Shown: positions 1 through 7,571 of the stretch, one piece after another
Position numbering within the stretch: the first letter of the stretch is position 1
Layout of the letters: the number at the start of each line of letters is the position of its first letter
From: Solobacterium sp.
GTDB lineage: Bacteria; Bacillota_I; Bacilli_A; Erysipelotrichales; Erysipelotrichaceae
NCBI GenBank assembly: GCA_017469885.1
Contig: JAFUFO010000036.1
Coordinates: 89,991 to 153,990 of the forward strand
DNA length: 64,000 bases
Reading direction: 5' to 3'
Notes under the pieces: generated by a model
What the model was told of the DNA's origin: nothing
Database searches by the model: none
Seen by the model: the letters and a program-made list of their open reading frames with translations, nothing else
Translations under genes and position numbers: made by a program

Positions 1-4
1 CAGC

Positions 5-319
5 GTGAATTACCGCTATACCGCTTCCCGGATCCGCCGCACCTGCCTGCAGGCAATGATGCAGATGAAAAAAGAGGAAGTGAAATGCCTCGGCGAACCG
101 GACAGCCTGCAGGTCCTCGCGTTCAATGACCGCGGGAAAGAATGGCTCCATTCCATGCGGGACAGTGATGTGAAAATTGCCAGCCGGTTTGCGCGTGTTC
201 CATGGCACTGGCGGGAAATTGAATACCGCAGCGCCCTGCTTTACACTTCCGTCTTTGAAGAAGAAAAGCGCCGCGAAATCCTTCTGCGGGAAATCGGCGG
301 CGCCGTATATGTTCGCTGA
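5..319 (+). CDS. 3' part of nucleotidyltransferase, tRNA(Met) cytidine acetate ligase (YlbM/TmcAL family); truncated by the window edge
   Basis: Reading frame open from the window edge; YTASRIRR and QVLAFNDRGKEWL resemble the YlbM/TmcAL C-terminus. Confidence 0.65.
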   Translation: MNYRYTASRIRRTCLQAMMQMKKEEVKCLGEPDSLQVLAFNDRGKEWLHSMRDSDVKIASRFARVPWHWREIEYRSALLYTSVFEEEKRREILLREIGGAVYVR

Positions 320-322
320 GAA

Positions 323-724
323 TCAGACGTTTCTGCCAAGCTTTTCAAGATCTTCCTTGATCTTTGTGGTTGAGATACCGGCAGTCCGCGGGAGGTAGAC
401 CACTTCGCAGAGTTCTTTCAGTTCATCGAACTTCCCCTCCCAGTCATCTCCCATCACAAAGATGTCTGCCTGGTATTTCACGATATCGGACTTCTTCTGT
501 TCCCAGGTTTCCTCGGGAATGACAAGATCCACATACCGAATCGCTTCCAGCATGGCCTTCCGCTCTTCATACGGGTGATAGGCCGTTTTTCCTTTTCCGG
601 CATTGAATTCGTCGGTGGACAGCGCAACGATCAGATAATCGCCGAGCGCTTTTGCCCGCTGCAGCAGACGGATGTGTCCCCAATGAAGGAGATCATAGGT
701 TCCGTAGGTGATGACACGTTTCAT
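323..724 (-). CDS. tagD: Glycerol-3-phosphate cytidylyltransferase
   Basis: MKRVITYGTYDLLHWGH (HxGH), RTAGISTTKIK; SD GGAGG. Confidence 0.93.
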   Translation of the reverse strand: MKRVITYGTYDLLHWGHIRLLQRAKALGDYLIVALSTDEFNAGKGKTAYHPYEERKAMLEAIRYVDLVIPEETWEQKKSDIVKYQADIFVMGDDWEGKFDELKELCEVVYLPRTAGISTTKIKEDLEKLGRNV

Positions 725-744
725 TTCAGCCTCCCTGTATGTGA

Positions 745-768
745 AAAAAGACAGAACTCTGTCTTTTT
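745..768 (-). terminator. Intrinsic terminator after the YebC-family gene
   Basis: AAAAAGACAG-aact-CTGTCTTTTT inverted repeat. Confidence 0.7.
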
Positions 769-778
769 CCTTTCATCA

Positions 779-1507
779 TTACTCAGCAATTTCAACGTTG
801 GTGTAAACCTTGTTTACATCATCAACATCATTGAGCATGTTCATCAGCTTGTTGTAAGCTTCCACTTCTTCCGCATCGGAAAGTGTTACATACTCATTCG
901 GCAGCATCGTTACTTCGCAGGTGTCGAATTCAACACCCGGAATCAGTGTTTCGATGGCATCCTGTGCCTTTGCGAAATCCGCAAACGCTGTCTTGACCAT
1001 CATGACGCCGTCTTCTACAGACAGGTCGCTGACATCAACTTCCGCTTCCATCATTGCGTCAAGCATCTTCTCTTCATCCTCATACGGGAAATAGAAGAGA
1101 CCGCACTGTTCATAGTTGAACGAAACAGCGCCGGCATTGGCAAGCTTTGCGCCCTTGCACTTATTGAATACAGTCTTTACTTCTGTATATGCACGGTTTG
1201 TGTTATCTGTCAGGCAGTCAACGATGACAGTGCTGTTGCCGGGACCGAAGCCTTCATACCGGCACTCGGTATAGTCTTCTCCTCCGCCGCCTTTTGCCTT
1301 ATCAATGGCACGCTTGATTACATCGGCAGGAACCTGATTGGACTTTGCTTCCTTGATCTTGCGGGCAAGCGCAAGGTTCATATCGGGATCAGGAACACCG
1401 GACTTCGCCGCAATGTAAAGTTCCTTACCAAAGCGCGAATACAGTTTCGATTTCATTGCGGCAGTCTTAGCCATCGCCGCAGCACGTACTTCATGTGCTC
1501 TTCCCAT
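779..1507 (-). CDS. YebC/PmpR family protein
   Basis: MGRAHEVR, YEGFGPG, DDVNKVYTN motifs. Confidence 0.93.
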   Translation of the reverse strand: MGRAHEVRAAAMAKTAAMKSKLYSRFGKELYIAAKSGVPDPDMNLALARKIKEAKSNQVPADVIKRAIDKAKGGGGEDYTECRYEGFGPGNSTVIVDCLTDNTNRAYTEVKTVFNKCKGAKLANAGAVSFNYEQCGLFYFPYEDEEKMLDAMMEAEVDVSDLSVEDGVMMVKTAFADFAKAQDAIETLIPGVEFDTCEVTMLPNEYVTLSDAEEVEAYNKLMNMLNDVDDVNKVYTNVEIAE

Positions 1508-1704
1508 ACTTAAATCAACCTTCCTTCACTTAAATTCCCGTAAATTATAGCAAACCACCCTGCTGCTTGGAAAGAAATTCTTTTATCTGTATGAAATGCG
1601 CTTCCAGACATCACGCGTTCCAATTCCTGAAAAACATCGCTCCTTCATCGACATTGTCTCCCTCTGCGTGATACAATCGAACTGCTTTTTCGAAATGAGG
1701 AACT

Positions 1705-2424
1705 ATGTCTGTATATGTAATTTCTGATCTGCATGGCTGTCTGGAAGAGTTCCGCGCCATGCTGGATAAGATTCAGTTCAGTGACTACGATGAACTGTAT
1801 ATAGCCGGTGATGTCTGCGACCGCGGGCGTTACCCGATTGAACTCCTGCGTCTGATCATGGCGCACAAAAACATGCATCTGATTTTCGGCAATCACGATG
1901 TCTGGCTGGCCAGATATGCGGAAGATCTGATTGAAGGCAAACGGAATCCCGGCCACCTGCGTCTTCTTGGAGGTGACTTTTTAAACTGGGTCCACTGGAA
2001 CGGCGGTCTCGTCACCATTGACCAGTTTCTCGACAGTGAGTTTACGGTCTGCTATGACATCCTGGAATATCTTGCGGACCCGCAGTATTATAAGGAACTC
2101 CAGGTTGGCGGAAGAAAGTTTCTGATTGTGCATTCCGGCCTCGGTGAGCGCTGGAAACTCGGTCTTCCGGTCTGTGAATATTCCGAAAGCGAGCTGATCT
2201 GGCCGCACATCGGAATCAATGACAACCCTTACCGGGATGTCACGATGATTGTCGGTCATATGCCGACCTTCCTTTACGGCAAACAGTATGAAGGCAAAAT
2301 CATCCATGGACGCAACCTGCTTCATATCGACTGCGGATGTGTCTTCGGCCGCTCACTCTCCTGTGTGCGTCTGGATGATATGCAGGAATTCTATGTTTCA
2401 AGCACCTATCCTTACCTGGAGTGA
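1705..2424 (+). CDS. Metallophosphoesterase (PPP/calcineurin-like phosphatase)
   Basis: SDLHG, GDVCDRG, GNHD, VHSG, GHMPT, IDCGC motifs; SD GAGG. Confidence 0.88.
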   Translation: MSVYVISDLHGCLEEFRAMLDKIQFSDYDELYIAGDVCDRGRYPIELLRLIMAHKNMHLIFGNHDVWLARYAEDLIEGKRNPGHLRLLGGDFLNWVHWNGGLVTIDQFLDSEFTVCYDILEYLADPQYYKELQVGGRKFLIVHSGLGERWKLGLPVCEYSESELIWPHIGINDNPYRDVTMIVGHMPTFLYGKQYEGKIIHGRNLLHIDCGCVFGRSLSCVRLDDMQEFYVSSTYPYLE

Positions 2425-2443
2425 AGTCAGCGGTACTGTACAG

Positions 2444-2476
2444 AAAAAATGATCCGGAATTCCGAATCATTTTTTT
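2444..2476. terminator. Bidirectional terminator between convergent genes
   Basis: AAAAAATGAT-CCGGAATTCCGA-ATCATTTTTTT. Confidence 0.6.
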
Positions 2477-2955
2477 ACATGTTCATCTATCCAGTTTTCA
2501 ATCAGGGATGCCATATGATCCCGCTGGGACACATATGGTTTGGGAACGAAGGTTTCTGCAGCTTTGAGATATGGGCGGATATCATTCAGATCCTTCATGT
2601 AGATCAGGTATCCCTTGGATTCAAATGCCTCCAGCAGCTGAATCTGATGGTCGTTGACATGTTCTCCATACGCCGCCAGCCGGGCCGCCGCAAGAATCGT
2701 CTTCCCCTGCCTGAGGCCGGTCATGATTGTTCCGACGCCGCCGTGCGTGATCAGAACATCCGCTTTTGCGAGGGCTTCGGAAAATGCCTCCTGGTCAATA
2801 TAATCAATGACCTTCATACAGTCGCTTTCATAGCGGGTAAAGCCTGCCTGAACCAGGACCTCATCCTGAATATCACCGCTTTTCACCGCATCTTCCACTG
2901 CCTTCAGCATCCGGGTGAACGGTTTGTCATTTGTGCCCAGTACTACCAGTATCAT
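2467..2955 (-). CDS. PssE/Cps14G (Alg13-like) glycosyltransferase catalytic subunit
   Basis: Start MILVVLGT at 2955 overlaps the upstream TGA; ITHGGVGTI and EHVNDHQ motifs. Confidence 0.88.
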   Translation of the reverse strand: MILVVLGTNDKPFTRMLKAVEDAVKSGDIQDEVLVQAGFTRYESDCMKVIDYIDQEAFSEALAKADVLITHGGVGTIMTGLRQGKTILAAARLAAYGEHVNDHQIQLLEAFESKGYLIYMKDLNDIRPYLKAAETFVPKPYVSQRDHMASLIENWIDEHVKK

Positions 2956-3437
2956 CAGAAAATCCACCCTCCGTATACAGCATTGGGATACACCTTCAGC
3001 ATGCTTTCCCACTGCACGATAAACAGATCCGCAATCGGATAGATCATCTTTCCGGCCATTGTCGGAGTCGTCGCATTCGCAAAGGTTTCGATCCAGATGA
3101 CCTTCTTGCCGAAATGGTGTGCAATTTTGCACATCGGAACCGCGGTATGCGTGCCGGTGGTAATGATGACCTCCGGCTTCCATTTCCGGAAGTAGTAAAT
3201 GCTTTTGATAATATTCGCTGAAAAATGGAATACATAGGTCAGCGGCTGCGACTTACTGCCATACGGCACAAAGGCGACGCGGTCGCTTCCATAGCGTTCC
3301 TTCAGGCTGAGATTGGATTTGTTGTTTTCCGTAATAATTCGGTAATCACAATGATCAAAAAGCACCGATAGCTGAAGAAGCTCGGTAAGGTGTCCGCCGG
3401 TGCTTGAAATAAAGAGAACGCGTGTTGATTTATCCAT
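2955..3437 (-). CDS. PssD/Cps14F (Alg14-like) glycosyltransferase enhancer subunit
   Basis: SSTGGHL, IWIETFAN, FIVQWE motifs; start trimmed to MDKSTR. Confidence 0.88.
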   Translation of the reverse strand: MDKSTRVLFISSTGGHLTELLQLSVLFDHCDYRIITENNKSNLSLKERYGSDRVAFVPYGSKSQPLTYVFHFSANIIKSIYYFRKWKPEVIITTGTHTAVPMCKIAHHFGKKVIWIETFANATTPTMAGKMIYPIADLFIVQWESMLKVYPNAVYGGWIF

Positions 3438-3447
3438 AAAAAAATCC

Positions 3448-3468
3448 GAGGTGCATTGCCTGCACCTC
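3448..3468 (-). terminator. Hairpin terminator downstream of ptsI
   Basis: GAGGTGCA-GGCAA-TGCACCTC followed by GGATTTTTTT on the minus strand. Confidence 0.6.
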
Positions 3469-3489
3469 AGATTATAGCGCAATGAGTGA

Positions 3490-5199
3490 TTATCGTGTTA
3501 CTGCAGATTTGACGAGTTCGTTGACTTCCTCAGCCGTGTCGCAGTTAACAGCCTTCTCAGCCATGACCTTCATTTCTTCGTAGCTCAGCGAGTTGATCAG
3601 CTGACGTGCACGGAGAATGGAGCTTGCGCTCATCGAGAACTCATCGAGTCCAAGACCGAGCAGCAGCGGAGCTGCCAGTTCATCACCGGCCATCTCACCG
3701 CACATACCGCACCACTTGCCGTTCTTGTGAGCACCGTCAATCGTCATCTTGACAAGACGCAGGATGGACGGGTTCAGCGGCTGGTACAGATAGGATACCG
3801 GCTCACTCATACGGTCAGCAGCCATGGAGTACTGAATCAGGTCGTTTGTGCCGATGGAGAAGAAGTCTGCATACTTGGACAGCTGGTCCGCAAGAACTGC
3901 CGCAGCCGGAATTTCGATCATGCAGCCGACCTCGACATCATCCGCAACCTTGACGCCTTCCGCAATCAGTTCAGCGCGTGCATCTTCATAGCACTGCTTT
4001 GCCTCTTTGAATTCCTGGACCGTAGCGATCATCGGGAACATGATGCAGAGCTTGCCGTAGATACTTGCACGAAGCAGTGCACGGAGCTGGGTACGGAATA
4101 CATCCTTACGGATCAGGCAGAAACGAACAGCACGTACACCGAGGAACGGGTTCATTTCTTCTGCGAACTCATAGTAGTTGAGCTTCTTGTCGCCGCCGAT
4201 ATCCAGTGTACGGATAACGACCGGTTTGCCGTTGAGTCCTTCCAGGACCTGCTTGTACGCAGCGAACTGTGTGTCTTCATCCGGGAAATCATCTTCGCTC
4301 TTCATATAGAGGAATTCGGTACGGAAGAGACCGACGCCTTCGCCGCCGTTGTCATTGACACCATCGACATCCTTCGGTCCGCCGATATTACCGACGAGAA
4401 GTACCTTATGTCCGTCAGTGGAGATGGAAGGTTCATTCTTCAGTGCCTTGAGCGCTTCCTTTTCCTTGCGGAATGCTTCGCCCTTCGCGGCATACTCTGC
4501 CTTCTGTTCTTCTGTCGGATTCAGAATGACTTCACCGTTCAGTGCGTCAAGAATCACTTCATCACCGGCATTGGCAGCTTCAAGGATTCCCTTGACACCG
4601 ACGACTGCCGGGATTTCAAGCGAGCGTGCCATGATTGCACTGTGGCTGGTACGTCCGCCGATTTCTGTCGCAAAGCCCTTTGCGTATTCCTTGTTCAGGG
4701 AACCGGTATCACTCGGAGTCAGGTCCTTGGCGACAATTACCACCGGAGTGTCGATGGTCGCAAGATTCGGAATTACCTTTCCGCAGAGATTACACTTCAG
4801 ACGGAATGTAACATCCTTGATGTCCGCAGCACGCTCACGCATATAAGCATCTTCCATGGACTCAAAGATGGAGACCATCATGTTGGCAACCTGTTCGGTC
4901 GCATACTCCGCATTGACCTTGTCGTTTTTGATCATGTCTTCAATCTGACTGCGAAGTTCCGGATCGTTTGCCATCATAAGATGGGCGTCAAATACTGCGA
5001 GTTCTTCCGCCGCAAGGCTCTTGGAAGCTACTTCCTTGATCTTTTCTACGTCTTCAATTGTCTTTTTGAATGCTGCGTCAAGCTTTGCAAGCTCAGCTTC
5101 CGGTTCTGCATCCAGGCGCTGAATGTCGAGAACAGGCGGTTCAAGCTTGTAAACTTTTGCGATTGCAATTCCCTGTGAAGCGGCAATTCCTTTAAGCAT
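3490..5199 (-). CDS. ptsI: Phosphoenolpyruvate-protein phosphotransferase (PTS Enzyme I)
   Basis: MLKGIAASQGIAIAK, GGRTSHSAI (phospho-His), GLFRTEF, RTLDIGGDK, SIGTNDL, GMCGE; own SD AAGGAGG before the ATG at 5199. Confidence 0.96.
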   Translation of the reverse strand: MLKGIAASQGIAIAKVYKLEPPVLDIQRLDAEPEAELAKLDAAFKKTIEDVEKIKEVASKSLAAEELAVFDAHLMMANDPELRSQIEDMIKNDKVNAEYATEQVANMMVSIFESMEDAYMRERAADIKDVTFRLKCNLCGKVIPNLATIDTPVVIVAKDLTPSDTGSLNKEYAKGFATEIGGRTSHSAIMARSLEIPAVVGVKGILEAANAGDEVILDALNGEVILNPTEEQKAEYAAKGEAFRKEKEALKALKNEPSISTDGHKVLLVGNIGGPKDVDGVNDNGGEGVGLFRTEFLYMKSEDDFPDEDTQFAAYKQVLEGLNGKPVVIRTLDIGGDKKLNYYEFAEEMNPFLGVRAVRFCLIRKDVFRTQLRALLRASIYGKLCIMFPMIATVQEFKEAKQCYEDARAELIAEGVKVADDVEVGCMIEIPAAAVLADQLSKYADFFSIGTNDLIQYSMAADRMSEPVSYLYQPLNPSILRLVKMTIDGAHKNGKWCGMCGEMAGDELAAPLLLGLGLDEFSMSASSILRARQLINSLSYEEMKVMAEKAVNCDTAEEVNELVKSAVTR

Positions 5200-5439
5200 G
5201 ATTGTATTATCCTCCTTCATGCACTTTTTAATCAGGTTCTCTACGTCACGCATACATTCCAGCGACATCAGATCCGAATCATCTGCCGCAAATCCGTACG
5301 CTTCCTCAAGACCAAGCACAAAATCCACAATTTCGTACGAGTCCAGTCCAAGTGATTTAAATGTGGTATCCCACGAAAAATCGTCCGGAATTTTACAGAA
5401 ATTCGAAAGCAATTGTCGTATGAATGCAAGTCGTTCCAT
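5200..5439 (-). CDS. Acyl-carrier-protein-like domain, in frame with ptsI (no intervening stop)
   Basis: 80 codons with the LGLDSYEIVDFVLGLEE phosphopantetheine-type motif; SD AGGGAG and extended -10 TGGTATTAT upstream. Confidence 0.75.
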
Positions 5440-5475
5440 AAAGGATACTCCCTGTCAAAAATAATACCATCAATT

Positions 5476-5844
5476 TCACAGCAAATCCATAATATGCAGA
5501 AACTCGCGGATCGCATTCATCAGGATTTTCCGGAAACTTCCCTGTGTGAAAAACTGAAGATACCAGTTCTTCTCGTTGACTTCCAGATACTGTTTCCGGA
5601 TCACCAGCTGTGTTTCCTTCGAACAGTCCTGAAGACTCCGGTCAATGGTGTAGATGAACGAGCGATCATCCAGATACCTGCCGGATACCACACTTTGCGG
5701 TTTGTCATGGTCTGTAAGATCAACCCGAAGGGCTGCCTGGCGATACAGTTCGCCAAGATATCCCATGATCTTCTGGAGCTCCTTATCATTCAGTTCCTTT
5801 TTCCGATTCATCTCATTTGCATCTGCCATACTTGTACGGTTCAT
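5476..5844 (-). CDS. MG284/MPN403 family protein
   Basis: IRKQYLEVNEKNWYLQFFTQGSFRKILMNAIREFL C-terminal pattern. Confidence 0.6.
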   Translation of the reverse strand: MNRTSMADANEMNRKKELNDKELQKIMGYLGELYRQAALRVDLTDHDKPQSVVSGRYLDDRSFIYTIDRSLQDCSKETQLVIRKQYLEVNEKNWYLQFFTQGSFRKILMNAIREFLHIMDLL

Positions 5845-5959
5845 AATTTATCCACCCCTCTTTCCCGTGCATGATATATGCATTTACAAATCCTGTCTTT
5901 GCAGTGAAGACAAGCAGGTCTGCTTGCTTAAAAAACCGCCTTCCCTTACCATATAGTGA

Positions 5960-6664
5960 GTGAGCGTCAGATTTACACGCACATTACAGAAAGAAAAACG
6001 GTTTATGAATTTTGTACGTAGCACCACGATGTCATATAAGCGCATTGCGCTCTCGTTTCTTATATTTCTTCTCGTTCCGGTTATCCGGTTTCTTTTGAGA
6101 TCGGTTATCGGCAGTGACACGCTTGCGCTTATGTTTGCGCTGAACTTCGCCGCATGGCTCCTGATCATCTATGACTGGGAGCTGTTCGGACTGCACTGGA
6201 ACCGTGCCAAGGAGAATCTTTCCGATACGATCATCTATGTAATCGTCGGTTTTGTGGTTCTCTTTTTCTGGACACTGATCAACACCCGTTATCTTAAGGG
6301 AAGCCTGACACTTCCGGATCCGTCTGTCTTCCGCACGGATCCGATTGCCGGACCTCCTGTCAGATTTGCGTACAGTTTCTCACTTGCGGCGATTGCAAAC
6401 ATCGAATTCAAGTGTCTTACCGATCACATGAAGATTCATGCCCGCGAAGCAACGATGATTCTCGTTACAGGCTTCGTGTTCGGTCTCCTCTACACCCTGA
6501 TGTTCTTACCGTCGAATCTTTCTCAGATTCCTTCCACTTATCTTTACTATATTGTCGTGTTTTCGCTCTTCTCCTATCTGTATAACCAGACACATTCGAT
6601 CCTTCCGGGAATTCTTTCTTATACCGCCGTGTATCTCTGCTTGATGATCTTCTTCATCGCCTGA
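5960..6664 (+). CDS. Integral membrane protein, possibly CPBP/CAAX-protease-like; start uncertain (5960, 6005 or later)
   Basis: Many hydrophobic segments; YLYNQTHSILPGILSY C-terminal motif. Confidence 0.55.
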   Translation: MSVRFTRTLQKEKRFMNFVRSTTMSYKRIALSFLIFLLVPVIRFLLRSVIGSDTLALMFALNFAAWLLIIYDWELFGLHWNRAKENLSDTIIYVIVGFVVLFFWTLINTRYLKGSLTLPDPSVFRTDPIAGPPVRFAYSFSLAAIANIEFKCLTDHMKIHAREATMILVTGFVFGLLYTLMFLPSNLSQIPSTYLYYIVVFSLFSYLYNQTHSILPGILSYTAVYLCLMIFFIA

Positions 6665-6860
6665 TCGGCGCTGAAATCAGAAACGGCATTCAGCCGGCTG
6701 GATGCAGGCCGGGGAAAGCAGATACCCTGCGTCTTAAGTACCCTTTAATGCGTCTGCACTTTAAATTTAGGCTTCTTTTATTTTTTTGGAAGTCTGTTTT
6801 TCAAAAGATTTTGTGTACATAATAGAGTATCTGGTGAAAATTCGCCTTCGGATGTTCATA

Positions 6861-6914
6861 AAAACAAAGGAGCTGCCGCTCCCGGTACGTACCCGGCAAA
6901 CGGCAGCTCCTTTT
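6861..6914. terminator. Bidirectional terminator (hpf on minus strand)
   Basis: AAGGAGCTGCCG...CGGCAGCTCCTT with A/T tracts on both sides. Confidence 0.8.
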
Positions 6915-6925
6915 ATGTATGTATG

Positions 6926-7447
6926 TTATTCGGTTTCAATCAGACCGTATCCGCCGTTGTTTCTGCGGTATACAACGGAGATCTTTCCGCTTTCATCATC
7001 CGTGTAGATGTAGAAATCGTGATTGGAGAGCTCCATCTGCATGATCGCCTCTTCGAGATCCATCCGCTCTGCGGCGATGGTCTTTGTCTTAACCGGGATA
7101 TCGTACTCCTCTTCTTCCGCTTCCGTCAGGAAGTTTTCCGCCAGGGAATCACGGTGTCTCCGGTTCAGCCGTGTCTTCTGTCTGCGGAGCTGGTCTTCCA
7201 GCTTGTCCAGTGCAATGTCTACTGCCGCATACAGATCTTCATGCTCGACTTCGGTTCTGAGAATACCGACGCGTGTCGGAATGGTCACCTCGATTTTCTG
7301 GGATGCCGGGTAAACACGTGCCACAACCCGTGCAGTCGTGTCCGGATCGATCAGAAGATATTTCTGCAGCCCGGAAAGCTTTTTCTCGATCTTTTCCCGC
7401 ATCGTGTCCGTAATCGTGATATTCTTCCCTACAATCTCAAAACGCAT
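6926..7447 (-). CDS. hpf: Ribosome hibernation promoting factor (long HPF)
   Basis: DLYAAVDIALDKLEDQLRRQK, EEAIMQMELSNHDF, VYRRNNGGYGLIE. Confidence 0.93.
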   Translation of the reverse strand: MRFEIVGKNITITDTMREKIEKKLSGLQKYLLIDPDTTARVVARVYPASQKIEVTIPTRVGILRTEVEHEDLYAAVDIALDKLEDQLRRQKTRLNRRHRDSLAENFLTEAEEEEYDIPVKTKTIAAERMDLEEAIMQMELSNHDFYIYTDDESGKISVVYRRNNGGYGLIETE

Positions 7448-7571
7448 ATTTAATCCTCACTTTCTGTTATGAAATCGTAATGAATGAAAGTTATTATCAA
7501 TTTTTTATACAGGGGTTCTTTCCTGATTCAATTATATCAAATGCCCTGCACGTTTACACGGCGACCCGTTA

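Noticed and set aside
3727-5178. 483-aa + strand ORF antisense to ptsI (likewise 575-1513, 9067-10311, 18450-19697, 26050-27561, 31921-33489, 34345-35385)
   Set aside because: Each lies entirely opposite a well-conserved gene, lacks an SD and any recognisable motif, and is the expected shadow of biased codon usage.
6705-6725. CAGGCCGGGGAAAGCAG resembling SRP RNA helix 8
   Set aside because: Lacks the paired stem closing a GNRA tetraloop that SRP requires.
6855-6880. TTCATAAAAACAAAGGAGCTGC resembling my recollection of a Bacillus 6S RNA 3' end
   Set aside because: Explained as the reverse complement of the hpf terminator U-tract; no long 6S-like closing stem is visible.
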